Of a stretch of DNA of 63,620 nucleotides, positions 29,444 through 38,777 are shown one piece after another. The notes under the pieces were generated by a model that saw only the letters and a list, made by a program, of their open reading frames with translations, was not told the DNA's origin and searched no databases. Location: assembly GCA_012838035.1 (NCBI GenBank), contig DUQB01000159.1, forward strand, positions 1 through 63,620. The letters run 5' to 3'. The translations under genes and the position numbers were made by a program. Source of the stretch: Bacillota bacterium (lineage in GTDB: Bacteria > Bacillota > Limnochordia > DTU080). Every line of letters begins with the position of its first letter. Within the stretch, counting starts at the first letter, position 1.

Positions 29444-29470
29444 GAAACCCAGGCTCGGAAGCCTGGGTCG
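29444..29470 (-). terminator. Hairpin after the holin-like gene
   Basis: ACCCAGGC/GCCTGGGT 8-bp stem followed by TTCAT. Confidence 0.45.
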
Positions 29471-29483
29471 TAACACCTGTGCG

Positions 29484-29816
29484 TCAACGAATGGTTGTCG
29501 GAATGAACATGTCGATCAACCCGATAACAAATGCAGCCACTAAAGAACCCAGAATGCCTGCATTCATTCCCGGTACGACAAACTGCGTAGCCCAGATAAC
29601 CGCAGCCGATACCAGAAAACCGATTAGCCCGCGGCCATAAGGCGAGACGCGTCTGCCCATCGTCGCTTCGATTACCCAACCTATTGCGGCTATCACTAAA
29701 GCTGCCAGCAGCGCATTCCAAAAACCAAGCACCTGGAAGCCCGGCACGATCAAGCCCACAAACAGTAAAACCAACGCAGAAACGATGAAACGTACAATGG
29801 CTCCAAGCCACTCCAC
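29484..29816 (-). CDS. 4-TM 'phage holin family' (YvlD-like) membrane protein
   Basis: 110 aa, four hydrophobic segments, VPGFQV.GFWNAL motif; no phage genes nearby. Confidence 0.75.
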   Translation of the reverse strand: MEWLGAIVRFIVSALVLLFVGLIVPGFQVLGFWNALLAALVIAAIGWVIEATMGRRVSPYGRGLIGFLVSAAVIWATQFVVPGMNAGILGSLVAAFVIGLIDMFIPTTIR

Positions 29817-29876
29817 CGGTGGTTCACCTCCATGGCAGGCAAACTGCCTACGGTCTAAAGACCTTTACTTCCGTGC

Positions 29877-29907
29877 TAGTTTTGCCCCTGTGTCACGACT
29901 TCTATGC
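29877..29907 (-). promoter_or_regulatory. Sigma-F/G-like forespore promoter
   Basis: GCATA-N16-GGCAAAACTA upstream of the holin-like and spoVAF genes. Confidence 0.45.
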
Positions 29908-29931
29908 AGAGACCGGCAATACGACATGCCG

Positions 29932-30144
29932 CTAGCTTTCCGGTTCTACCACGAAGGCGATCTGCACATCGGCGCGGTAGCTGGTGATGTCACCAGCATC
30001 ACTCACATCGCCTGTCCAGTTGAGCACCTCGACTCCCGTTATATTGCGTACGGTTTTGGCTGCTTCATGTACCGCCGTCTGCACGGCGTCCTCCCATGAC
30101 CTTTCGGATTGACCTACAAGTTCGATAACCTTCACAACGCTCAT
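29932..30144 (-). CDS. Dodecin (flavin-binding)
   Basis: VKVIELVGQSERSWEDAV..AV.EAAKT; 70 aa; AGGAGG SD. Confidence 0.9.
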   Translation of the reverse strand: MSVVKVIELVGQSERSWEDAVQTAVHEAAKTVRNITGVEVLNWTGDVSDAGDITSYRADVQIAFVVEPES

Positions 30145-30217
30145 AACATACCTCCTGCTTCCTAAGGATAATTCAAAGTCAGCAGTAGTATGTCCCAAAC
30201 TGATGATGCTATTGCAG

Positions 30218-31168
30218 TCATCCTCTTTTTGATCCATGGCGTAAGGGCAGCGATTCCTGCAATAGACGCATGAATGCGCCGCCCATAATTTCCCAAGCGA
30301 TCTCTGCTCCGAAGTACCGCGTCAACTGCTCTGCCAAATAGGGTAATGCGCCGACATCGGGCAGATCAGAAGGCGTAATGCCGATTCCGTCGAAATCGCT
30401 GCCTAAACCGACATGACCTCGGCCCATGACGCTTAACATGTGTTCTGCATGGCGGATGACATCGGCGCTGGTAGCCACAACGTTTTGCGTCAAAAACCGC
30501 GGATAAAGATTGATGCCTACTACGCCGCCGGATGCGGCAATCGCCCTTAACTGGTCATCCGACAAGTTGCGCGCATGTGGACATACTGCCCGGCAGTTCG
30601 AGTGCGATGCAATGAACGGGCCTCGACACAACTCGGCCACCTGCCAAAAGCCGAGCTCAGCCAAATGAGATACATCCACCAACATCCCTAAACGGTTCAT
30701 CTCCGCCACAAATTCCTTACCCAAAGGAGTAAGCCCGCCTGCAGCATGGACCTCCACCCCATCAGCCAGCGCGTTGCCGCCGTTCCAAGTGAGACCTACA
30801 ACACGTACGCCTATCCGGTAGAAGGCCTCCAACATGCGCACGTCGGTACCCAGCGGTTCACCGCCTTCTATAGAAAGCAGTCCGCCGGGAGTCTGATTGA
30901 GCGCTGATAAATCCTCCCGCCATAGAACAGGTACTATATAACCTGCGTCCACCGCTTGCCAAAACAACTCCGCCATGAGCAGAGCATCCGCCAGGTGCCC
31001 GTTCACGCTATTTGGATGGGAAAACATAGCAAAAACCTGTAGCGCCACTCCGGCTTGCCGCATACGCTTGGTATCCACCTGGCCTTGCGGCCGTCTAAAA
31101 AGCGTACCGCCTTGGCGCAGCAGGAGACTCAAGGTATCGCAATGAAAATCGATGATCGACGCAGCCAC
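30218..31168 (-). CDS. Membrane dipeptidase (peptidase M19)
   Basis: DFHCDT, LSIEGG, LTWNGGN, DVSH, ASHSN, GLGSDFDG. Confidence 0.9.
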   Translation of the reverse strand: MAASIIDFHCDTLSLLLRQGGTLFRRPQGQVDTKRMRQAGVALQVFAMFSHPNSVNGHLADALLMAELFWQAVDAGYIVPVLWREDLSALNQTPGGLLSIEGGEPLGTDVRMLEAFYRIGVRVVGLTWNGGNALADGVEVHAAGGLTPLGKEFVAEMNRLGMLVDVSHLAELGFWQVAELCRGPFIASHSNCRAVCPHARNLSDDQLRAIAASGGVVGINLYPRFLTQNVVATSADVIRHAEHMLSVMGRGHVGLGSDFDGIGITPSDLPDVGALPYLAEQLTRYFGAEIAWEIMGGAFMRLLQESLPLRHGSKRG

Positions 31169-31190
31169 AAACTCCCACCTCGCAGCGTAC

Positions 31191-31225
31191 AAAATAAAAA
31201 TGAGCCTGACCGAAAGGGTCAGGCT
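31191..31225 (-). terminator. Intrinsic terminator after spoVS
   Basis: AGCCTGACC/GGTCAGGCT 9-bp stem followed by CATTTTTATTT. Confidence 0.75.
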
Positions 31226-31245
31226 ACCATGTCCAATCAGGGAAG

Positions 31246-31509
31246 CTACTTTCTGGGTTGCACCAAGAACTTGATTGCAGTTCGTTCTTCACCATCAATC
31301 GTTACGTCGGCAAAAGCAGGAATGCATACCAAGTCGATTCCACTGGGCGCCATAAAGCCACGAGCAATGGCAATCGCCTTAACCGCCTGATTGATGGCGC
31401 CTGCTCCGATGGCTTGCAGCTCCGCCGTACCGTTTTCGCGCAACACGCCTGCTAGAGCACCTGCTACCGAGTTAGGATTTGACTTTGTCGAGACCTTGAG
31501 TACGTCCAT
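31246..31509 (-). CDS. spoVS: Stage V sporulation protein S
   Basis: LKVSTKSNPNSVAGALA, QAIGAGAINQAVKAIAIARG. Confidence 0.97.
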   Translation of the reverse strand: MDVLKVSTKSNPNSVAGALAGVLRENGTAELQAIGAGAINQAVKAIAIARGFMAPSGIDLVCIPAFADVTIDGEERTAIKFLVQPRK

Positions 31510-31596
31510 GCTGTAAATGCACCCCCTCTATGCAATAGCTCTAGAAGTGCCTAGTATAACCGCAGTATAGCATTTTTTACCAACAAGTCATATACC

Positions 31597-32154
31597 TTAA
31601 TTTGTTGAGCGGTTCTTTGTAAACACCATCACCCGACCAGATTCACGAAAGCCCACTAACTCCTGACGCGGTCCTTCCCCACGAACGTCGGCGAGAATAT
31701 CATCTATCAGCTCATCTTGCAGCAAACGCTCGTCGTCGCGTAAGGCGACTGCGGCTTCCACAACCAAGTTCGTATCGAAATGTTGACGAATCAGGCTGAT
31801 GATTAACGAGAGTTCTTCCCTGGAGAGACTCTCCGCATCGCGAGTAACCTCAACCTGAGTATATTCCCCCAACGTAATGCTCCCTACGCTGAGATGACCG
31901 ATGCGCTGCCCGGATAAATGCGAATATGTCTCCAGATAACTGGACACCATCTGTTCGAAGGCCTGAAAATCGTCTTCCGCATAGCGTTGCCGCACCATGA
32001 AACTAAATGCCAGCTGAGCCTTGCCGGGACGAAAGCGGACGGAGTCGATCTCGTTGTAACGGATTAAGAGTGATACCAACAACGATGCGTGCTGCGAGAT
32101 ACTCTCCCCACTCAACACGACAGACCGGGAATCCGGCAAAACCTCACCCCACAC
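31597..32154 (-). CDS. Conserved hypothetical protein between rny and spoVS
   Basis: 185-aa ORF with protein-like composition, co-oriented with its neighbours; family not recognised with certainty. Confidence 0.75.
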   Translation of the reverse strand: MWGEVLPDSRSVVLSGESISQHASLLVSLLIRYNEIDSVRFRPGKAQLAFSFMVRQRYAEDDFQAFEQMVSSYLETYSHLSGQRIGHLSVGSITLGEYTQVEVTRDAESLSREELSLIISLIRQHFDTNLVVEAAVALRDDERLLQDELIDDILADVRGEGPRQELVGFRESGRVMVFTKNRSTN

Positions 32155-32244
32155 TTCATCTTAAGTACTCGAGAATCAGTGTCATTATAACGCTACCGTG
32201 TAGGAGATACCAGCCTTCCGCGCGTTCTTGCATCATAGCGAGTA

Positions 32245-32278
32245 AGCACATAAGAGCCCGTTTGGGCTCTTATGTGCT
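32245..32278. terminator. Perfect 15-bp hairpin after rny
   Basis: AGCACATAAGAGCCC-GTTT-GGGCTCTTATGTGCT. Confidence 0.7.
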
Positions 32279-32296
32279 AAAGACACGCCGACTCTC

Positions 32297-33829
32297 TTAT
32301 TTCGCGTACTCGACGGATCGAGTTTCTCGAATTACAGTGACCTTAATTTGCCCTGGATATTCAAGCTCAGCTTCAATCCGCTTGACTATATCGCGTGCAA
32401 TTTTGGTTGCAGCGGCGTCATCCACCTTATCCGGTTTGACGATGATTCTAATCTCGCGACCGGCTTGGATGGCATACGACTTCTCTACGCCGTCGAAACT
32501 GTCGGCGATGGCCTCGAGTTTCTCCAAGCGCTTGATATAGTTCTCCAGTGTTTCGCGACGTGCGCCGGGCCGCGCCGCCGAGATGCTGTCCGCCGCGCTG
32601 ACCAGCACAGCTTCTACCGTGTGAGGTTCATAATCGCCGTGGTGACACTCCATGGCATGAATGACTTCACGAGATTCACGGTACTTGCGCAGCAGGTCGC
32701 GACCGATCTCCAAGTGAGTTCCCTCAACCTCGTGATCAACCGCTTTACCTATGTCGTGCAATAAACCGGCACGTTTTGCAACTTGGACGTCGCCGCCTAT
32801 TTCCGCTGCCATAATGCCGGCCAGATGACTCACTTCTATACTGTGTTTAAGCACGCTCTGCCCGTAGCTGGTACGGAAACGCAGCCGCCCCAGAAGCTTG
32901 ATCAACTCCGGATGGAGTCCGTGCACCCCCGTGTCGAAGGTTGCTTGTTCTCCCGTATCGCGGATGACTTGATCAACTTCCTTCTGCGCCTTCTCCACCA
33001 TCTCCTCAATCCGAGCCGGATGAATACGGCCGTCGGCGACCAACTTTTCAAGAGCAATCCGAGCAATTTCACGTCGGATGGGATCAAAACCGGATAGGAT
33101 AACCGCTTCCGGAGTGTCGTCGATAATCAGATCTATGCCCGTGAGTGTTTCCAGAGTGCGAATATTACGGCCTTCGCGCCCGATGATCCGCCCTTTCATA
33201 TCATCACTGGGCAGGTTGACAACCGACACCGTACTCTCGGTAACATGGTCGGCTGCACAACGTTGAATCGCCAAGGAGACAATGTTGCGCGCACGTCTGT
33301 CTCCTTCTTCACGTGCTTCAGTTTCGATCTCTTTAATCTTCATCGCCATTTCATGGCGAACTTCGTCTTCAGTGCGCTTCAGTAGGAAATTCCTAGCCTC
33401 TTCGCCGGTCATGCCGGCAAGCCTTTCCAGTTCTTGCTGCCAGTACTCCGACATGCTGGAGACTTTGGCTTGCGCAACCTCTAATTCTTGCTTTTGTTGC
33501 TCAATCAACCGTTCCCTTATTTCAATCTGTTCAGTCTTCTTTTCCAGACTTTCTTCTTTGTTAATAAGGCGACGCTCATGTTGGTTCAGCTCATTACGGC
33601 GCTCGCGTAGTTCACGCTCGCTTTCGCTGCGCATTTTGTGCACTTCTTCTTTTGCTTCCAACAGAACTTCGCGTTTTTTAGCTTCCGCATCTTGCCCGGC
33701 TTGTGCGACGATTCGTTTGGCCTCCGACTCTGCGGAGCCCAACTTGGCTTCAGCCATAGAGCGACGCACGTAGTAGCCGAGAGCAAATGCAACTATCCCT
33801 ACGACAATGGCTATAACCGTTGCTAATAT
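32297..33829 (-). CDS. rny: Ribonuclease Y (probable ATA start, including the N-terminal TM helix)
   Basis: Coiled coil, KH motif ([12 protein letters not shown]), HD domain ([19 protein letters not shown]); in-frame [22 protein letters not shown] helix upstream of the annotated GTG. Confidence 0.95.
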   Translation of the reverse strand: MLATVIAIVVGIVAFALGYYVRRSMAEAKLGSAESEAKRIVAQAGQDAEAKKREVLLEAKEEVHKMRSESERELRERRNELNQHERRLINKEESLEKKTEQIEIRERLIEQQKQELEVAQAKVSSMSEYWQQELERLAGMTGEEARNFLLKRTEDEVRHEMAMKIKEIETEAREEGDRRARNIVSLAIQRCAADHVTESTVSVVNLPSDDMKGRIIGREGRNIRTLETLTGIDLIIDDTPEAVILSGFDPIRREIARIALEKLVADGRIHPARIEEMVEKAQKEVDQVIRDTGEQATFDTGVHGLHPELIKLLGRLRFRTSYGQSVLKHSIEVSHLAGIMAAEIGGDVQVAKRAGLLHDIGKAVDHEVEGTHLEIGRDLLRKYRESREVIHAMECHHGDYEPHTVEAVLVSAADSISAARPGARRETLENYIKRLEKLEAIADSFDGVEKSYAIQAGREIRIIVKPDKVDDAAATKIARDIVKRIEAELEYPGQIKVTVIRETRSVEYAK

Positions 33830-33911
33830 ATTGTTCTACCTCCCTTCACTCAATGATCCGCATTACATTTTCGTCAGGATTACAGGCAGAGACCTGGGAA
33901 ACCGAGGGTTA

Positions 33912-34025
33912 CAAAGAAAGCCGAGCGCATAACTCGGCTTACAGTCATACCATTGGTACTTCCGTATGAGGTGAACCCCGGGAGACGACCCAAGCTGACT
34001 CTACCGTATGGGGAACTAAAGCCCA
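33912..34025 (-). ncRNA. Candidate structured leader or sRNA upstream of rny, ending in an intrinsic terminator
   Basis: P1 AGUCA/UGACU, P2 CUUGGG/CCCGGG, terminator AAGCCGAG/CUCGGCUU followed by UCUUU. Confidence 0.55.
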
Positions 34026-34031
34026 ATGTTT

Positions 34032-34060
34032 ATTTTATTCTGTGTCGGATTGAATGTCAA
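34032..34060 (-). promoter_or_regulatory. Near-consensus sigma-A promoter embedded in the recX 3' end
   Basis: TTGACA-N17-TAAAAT; the -10 element overlaps the recX stop codon. Confidence 0.75.
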
Positions 34061-34685
34061 CATCAGGAACCACCTGCGTTAGGCACCAACGTATGGTTGA
34101 CCAATCGAATCCGCGGCGTTGTAATAAGGCAGCCAAGCGCCGCACCGCCGCATCTCGCTTTTCCGGCGTCGTCGGTCGCCATGCCTTAAGGGCTATTTGG
34201 AGCGCTCTTTGCCGTTCTTCCGCGGCGTCCAGTTCAGATACGACTTCTCGAGCCAGTTCCCGCTCTACGCCGCGACGGGCAAGCTCTTCTTGAATACGGC
34301 GCAGACCAAACTTACCTTGGCGTTGCAGGGAAGCAGCCAGGTTTCTGGCATACGCGGCATCATCGATATAACCCAACTCCTGCACACGCTGTACGGCGGC
34401 CTGACACGCCGCGCAACTGAACCTTTTTTGCCGCAGTTTCTTAAGCAAACCCTGCTTTGATAGAGGCGTGCGTGCAATCATATCGAGCGCGGCTCTACGC
34501 GCCAATATGGTTTCCGCCTGCGCGCCGAGTTCATTGCGCTCCGCTTGCGTTAGTTCGCTTCCCACTCGCAGTTGCCGCGAGACTAGAAGCTCATCGGGAC
34601 ATAGCAACACCGACTCATCATGCCAACTAAGCCGATATAAACCTGGTCTACGCGTCTTCTTAATGCTTATCAGCACACATTTCAT
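34035..34685 (-). CDS. recX: Regulatory protein RecX
   Basis: ALDMIAR, GYIDDAAYAR, I.EELARRGV, LQRRGF motifs; follows recA. Confidence 0.9.
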   Translation of the reverse strand: MKCVLISIKKTRRPGLYRLSWHDESVLLCPDELLVSRQLRVGSELTQAERNELGAQAETILARRAALDMIARTPLSKQGLLKKLRQKRFSCAACQAAVQRVQELGYIDDAAYARNLAASLQRQGKFGLRRIQEELARRGVERELAREVVSELDAAEERQRALQIALKAWRPTTPEKRDAAVRRLAALLQRRGFDWSTIRWCLTQVVPDVDIQSDTE

Positions 34686-34692
34686 GCAGACG

Positions 34693-35742
34693 TCAACCCT
34701 GATCTGAGGTGAACTCCTTAGCCTGTTCGTTTGCCGCGCTGCCTACCGGCTTCCTCATCCCGACTCGCTCCAGCACCCGTGTTTCTATCTCGTTAAGCAC
34801 ATCCGGATTCTGTTTGAGGTAGATGCGAGCGTTCTCCTTGCCCTGTCCCAAGCGGACATCACCATAGGAAAACCAAGCACCGCTTTTTTGCACGACCTCC
34901 AGATCAGTGGCCACATCGATGATACAGCCTTCGCGGGAGATGCCTTCGCCGTAGATGATATCAAATTCAGCTTCCCGGAAAGGCGGCGCCACCTTGTTTT
35001 TCACGACCTTAACCCGAGTGCGGTTACCTATATTTTCTGAGCCTTGCTTGAGCGCTTCCACTCGCCGGACGTCCAGCCGTATGGAAGCGTAGAACTTGAG
35101 AGCCCGCCCACCAGGTGTAGTTTCGGGAGAGCCGAACATGACACCGACTTTTTCTCGGATTTGGTTGGTGAAGATCACCGCCGTATGCGACTTGCTGATG
35201 GCACCGGTGAGTTTACGTAGGGCTTGCGACATCAACCGTGCTTGCAACCCGACATGAGAATCGCCCATTTCACCCTCGATTTCCGCGCGAGGCACCAGCG
35301 CGGCGACGGAGTCGATGACGACGACATCGACGGCGCCGCTACGTACCAATGACTCCGCTATTTCCAAGGCGCTCTCCGCATTATCGGGCTGCGATATCAG
35401 CAGATTATCCGTATCGACGCCAAGATTTGCGGCGTATGTAGGATCAAGAGCATGCTCCACATCGATCATGGCGGCAATACCGCCCGCTTTTTGCGCCTCT
35501 GCCATAACATGCAGCGTAAGTGTGGTTTTTCCGGACGACTCCGGACCGTATATTTCCGTAACTCGACCTCTGGGGATACCGCCGATGCCTAGGGCGATAT
35601 CCAAGGCGAGTGCTCCCGTAGGGATTGCATCCACATTGAATTTAGTGGCTGCTTCACCCAAACGCATGATGGAACCTTTACCATGTTGCTTTTCTATTTG
35701 GGTCAGCGCCATTTCCAATACTTTTTGCCGATCGCCAGACAT
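34693..35742 (-). CDS. recA: Recombinase A
   Basis: [41 protein letters not shown]. Confidence 0.99.
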   Translation of the reverse strand: MSGDRQKVLEMALTQIEKQHGKGSIMRLGEAATKFNVDAIPTGALALDIALGIGGIPRGRVTEIYGPESSGKTTLTLHVMAEAQKAGGIAAMIDVEHALDPTYAANLGVDTDNLLISQPDNAESALEIAESLVRSGAVDVVVIDSVAALVPRAEIEGEMGDSHVGLQARLMSQALRKLTGAISKSHTAVIFTNQIREKVGVMFGSPETTPGGRALKFYASIRLDVRRVEALKQGSENIGNRTRVKVVKNKVAPPFREAEFDIIYGEGISREGCIIDVATDLEVVQKSGAWFSYGDVRLGQGKENARIYLKQNPDVLNEIETRVLERVGMRKPVGSAANEQAKEFTSDQG

Positions 35743-35799
35743 GCTCGTCCTCCTACGTACCGCCTATGTATAGCTCATTGAAATATGCTGCCCTTAACG

Positions 35800-35824
35800 A
35801 TTCGACGCCGGAAGACGCGATCCT
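35800..35824 (-). promoter_or_regulatory. Sigma-H-like promoter upstream of recA
   Basis: AGGA-N17-GAAT. Confidence 0.4.
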
Positions 35825-35844
35825 TCTCCTTCCAACCGTAAAAA

Positions 35845-35858
35845 CGAACAAAGGTTCC
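35845..35858. promoter_or_regulatory. LexA/DinR (Cheo) box upstream of recA
   Basis: CGAACAAAGGTTCC versus the Firmicute consensus CGAACRNRYGTTYC. Confidence 0.8.
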
Positions 35859-35906
35859 GTTTAGATCACTATGCCCAGCTCATATAAGTATAAATCCGCT
35901 TCTACC

Positions 35907-37151
35907 TCACTGTTGCTTGAGGAGATGCAGGCGTAGCATATTCAACGCATAACCGGCCGTTCTGGTTTTGATGCTTTCCCGCTCGCCGCGAAAGCGACAC
36001 TCGGCCGTTTGTACAGTGCCGGCCCCATCCGCCAAAGCGATGTAAACCAAACCTACCGGCTTTGTTGCTGTGCCGCCGGCAGGCCCGGCAATGCCGGTTG
36101 TGGCTAAAGCGTAGGTGGTACCTGCTTCACGCAGAGCGCCCAGCGCCATTGCCTCCGCCACGGCAGGGCTTACCGCGCCGTGCTCCGCGATCAAACCAGC
36201 CGGTACTCCCAGCTCTGTCGTCTTCGCCGCGTTGCTGTAGGTGATCCAACCTCGCATATAATAGGCTGAGCTGCCCGGTATGTTGGTGAGGCGATGCGCC
36301 AATAGACCACCCGAACACGATTCCGCGGTGGCCAAGGTTTGGGAGCGTGCCGACAACAACTCACCGACCACCTGCTCTAGACTGGCTCCGTCAAAGCCGT
36401 AGATATGATCACCGCCGCGGCGACAGATCTCAGTTAGTATAGGCGCAATTAGACGTTCCGCCTCTTCGTCGCTATCGGCGCGGGCCGTAATTCGCAGCCG
36501 CGTTTCCCCTGCTCCGGCATACGGGGCGATGGTCGGATTACCTTGATTGGCAACCAAATCGGCGACCAGCTCTTCCATTGCCGATTCACCTAAGCCGTAA
36601 AAGTGCACTACGCGAGAGCGCGTGACGCGTTTACCTTGCTTGGCCGTTAGGTACGGCAAAACGGTCTGTTCCATCATGCCCCTCATCTCCGTGGGAACAC
36701 CGGGCACGGCAATGATGGTTTTATCCCCATGCTCCAGCAAAATCCCCAGAGCCGTACCGCGTTTGTTGGGGATAGCCAGCGCGCCTTCCGGAAATTGCGC
36801 CTGACGTAGATTGTTACCAGGCATCGGCCGATGCGCGTGTTGAAAATAACGCCTAACATGCTCTTCCGCTTCAGGCAAAACGCGCAACGGCCTACCTGTT
36901 ACGGAAGCGATCACTCCCCGCGTGAGGTCATCTTCGGTGGGGCCAAGACCGCCGCTGATTAAAACAACGTCGGCCCGCTGTAGTGCCTGTGCCAGCACGC
37001 CGACCATGCGCAGCCAATTATCACCGACCGTGCTTTTGAAATAAACATCAACGCCGATTTCCGCCAAATGCGCCGCCAACCATTGCGCGTTCGTATCGAC
37101 AATCTCTCCCAATAAAAGCTCGGTACCGACCATAACCAACTCTACCCGCAT
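35907..37151 (-). CDS. cinA: Competence/damage-inducible protein A (MocF plus NMN deamidase domains)
   Basis: VGTELLLGEIVDTN, GGLGPTEDD, TAESCSGG, ATTGIAGP. Confidence 0.95.
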   Translation of the reverse strand: MRVELVMVGTELLLGEIVDTNAQWLAAHLAEIGVDVYFKSTVGDNWLRMVGVLAQALQRADVVLISGGLGPTEDDLTRGVIASVTGRPLRVLPEAEEHVRRYFQHAHRPMPGNNLRQAQFPEGALAIPNKRGTALGILLEHGDKTIIAVPGVPTEMRGMMEQTVLPYLTAKQGKRVTRSRVVHFYGLGESAMEELVADLVANQGNPTIAPYAGAGETRLRITARADSDEEAERLIAPILTEICRRGGDHIYGFDGASLEQVVGELLSARSQTLATAESCSGGLLAHRLTNIPGSSAYYMRGWITYSNAAKTTELGVPAGLIAEHGAVSPAVAEAMALGALREAGTTYALATTGIAGPAGGTATKPVGLVYIALADGAGTVQTAECRFRGERESIKTRTAGYALNMLRLHLLKQQ

Positions 37152-37209
37152 CCATATTCTCCTCCAAACAACCGTTGCTCGTACCGTGCATACCACCGTT
37201 GTTCTGTGG

Positions 37210-37821
37210 TCAAAGCAGCAACCTCATACCTTGGAACGTCAGAGTGTATAGAACGCTACCTAACCCGCCGAAACGCAATAATAAGAACAGGACCAAGAAC
37301 CCATACGGTTCGAGCGCGGCATATACGGCGGCTAAACGACCCGGCAGCAGAGTGAGGAGAATCTTGGATCCGTCCAGAGGCGGAATAGGAAACAGGTTGA
37401 ACACCGCCAGCATCAAGTTGAGTTGCACGCCGATCAGCAATAGCATAATAAGGGGGTCCTGGTACGTCGCATCGAGTCTCAACAATATCGGGACGGCCAC
37501 TTTGAAAAGAAGGCCGAAAATCACTGCCAGAGCAAGATTGGCCGCCGGACCGGCTACGCTTACCAAAAGCATCCCGGTATTGGGATTGCGAAAGTTTTGC
37601 GGCATTACCTGCACCGGTTTCGCCCAACCTATACCGGCCAGCAGTAGCGTCAGGATACCCGGTAACGAGATGTGAGACATGAAGTTCAAGGTTAAGCGAC
37701 CTTGCCGCTCCGGTGTCGGGTCTCCCAACCTTACCGCCGTATAAGCATGCGCATACTCATGAAAGGAGATCGCCAAAAGAAACACCGGAATGGACAAAAT
37801 GATGTCCGCAATATCGTTCAT
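37210..37821 (-). CDS. Site-2 protease family (M50) membrane metalloprotease
   Basis: HEYAH, VAGPAAN, NLFPIPPLDG. Confidence 0.9.
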   Translation of the reverse strand: MNDIADIILSIPVFLLAISFHEYAHAYTAVRLGDPTPERQGRLTLNFMSHISLPGILTLLLAGIGWAKPVQVMPQNFRNPNTGMLLVSVAGPAANLALAVIFGLLFKVAVPILLRLDATYQDPLIMLLLIGVQLNLMLAVFNLFPIPPLDGSKILLTLLPGRLAAVYAALEPYGFLVLFLLLRFGGLGSVLYTLTFQGMRLLL

Positions 37822-37823
37822 TG

Positions 37824-38297
37824 TTACCTCCCCGAAGCGTCTTCTTTTGTTGCTGTTTCATCAAGCGATTCCGGCGCCTTCGGCGGTTTGCGGTATCCGT
37901 CAAGCCAGTACTTGGCTAAACCAACGCCTAAGGTAATGAAGATGAGACTTGCTCCTTGAGTAGCCATAGGCATGCCCAACACATCGTTAAATACTGCGCT
38001 CTGTACGCTTAGAAACGCCAGTAGAATCACCAGCCACCAGCCGCCCAAATACGCCGTTAAGATAGGATTGACGCGCGGAAAACGCTTTTTGGCGACGGGT
38101 AACGTAATTGAGAGCAGAAAATAGTATGATCCGGCAATGGCCAGTACGCCCAAAACTTGGCTCCACTGGCCGGAAGTGCGAATGATGAGCTCTACTCCCT
38201 CAATCATCGGAGCTATGACATTCCAAAGGAGTATCGCTTCCCACGCCAATACAAACGAGGTGACCACGTCACCGGTCATTCGTTGCCTCCACCTCAT
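37824..38297 (-). CDS. Hypothetical 4-TM membrane protein
   Basis: Four hydrophobic segments; ATG after a GGAGGTG SD; abuts the M50 gene. Confidence 0.7.
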   Translation of the reverse strand: MRWRQRMTGDVVTSFVLAWEAILLWNVIAPMIEGVELIIRTSGQWSQVLGVLAIAGSYYFLLSITLPVAKKRFPRVNPILTAYLGGWWLVILLAFLSVQSAVFNDVLGMPMATQGASLIFITLGVGLAKYWLDGYRKPPKAPESLDETATKEDASGR

Positions 38298-38425
38298 ACA
38301 AACACCTCCGATGCAAGGAAAATTCGCCGTGTTAGGACGCACTACCTTTTGTTTTGTTGCGTGTTGTTATTGTCATAATACAGGGCAGACTAGAAATCAA
38401 CCTGTATTTGGGGAGGTGAATCGTT

Positions 38426-38689
38426 TTGGCGGTTGACGATCAGCTTGTGGTGCTTTTAGCGCAGTTTATTCACGCGGACGAGAACGCCTTGAGCTTGGAT
38501 GATGCGCTTTGGAGCCATGAAGGCGGGCTTTTGGAAGCCGACCGGATTTCGGATTTGATCGATGAGATTGAGGGTGAGTTCAACATTCGCGTGCACCCAA
38601 GTGAACTGGAAAACCTGGATACCGTGGCAGACCTTATCAACCACATACAAGCCCAGGTTCACGATACCAACGGAAATCTTCACCAATAG
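38426..38689 (+). CDS. Acyl-carrier-protein-fold protein lacking the attachment serine
   Basis: EIEGEFNIRV and LDTVADLINHI match ACP helices II-IV; strong GGGGAGGTG SD with a TTG start. Confidence 0.7.
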   Translation: MAVDDQLVVLLAQFIHADENALSLDDALWSHEGGLLEADRISDLIDEIEGEFNIRVHPSELENLDTVADLINHIQAQVHDTNGNLHQ

Positions 38690-38710
38690 TGAAGCGTAAC
38701 GGATAATCAC

Positions 38711-38754
38711 GCTCGATCGCTCCGAGTTCCGGACTCGCCGCGGAGCGATCGAGC
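38711..38754. terminator. 14-bp hairpin between convergent genes
   Basis: GCTCGATCGCTCCG/CGGAGCGATCGAGC. Confidence 0.6.
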
Positions 38755-38777
38755 CTGTTTACGCTTAAGACGACCCG

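Noticed and set aside
29484-29816. Holin annotation as evidence of a prophage
   Set aside because: No endolysin, structural, integrase or replication genes nearby
33962-33976. CCGTATGAGGTGAA resembles group II intron domain V
   Set aside because: The complementary CACGTACGG arm, domain VI and any RT ORF are missing
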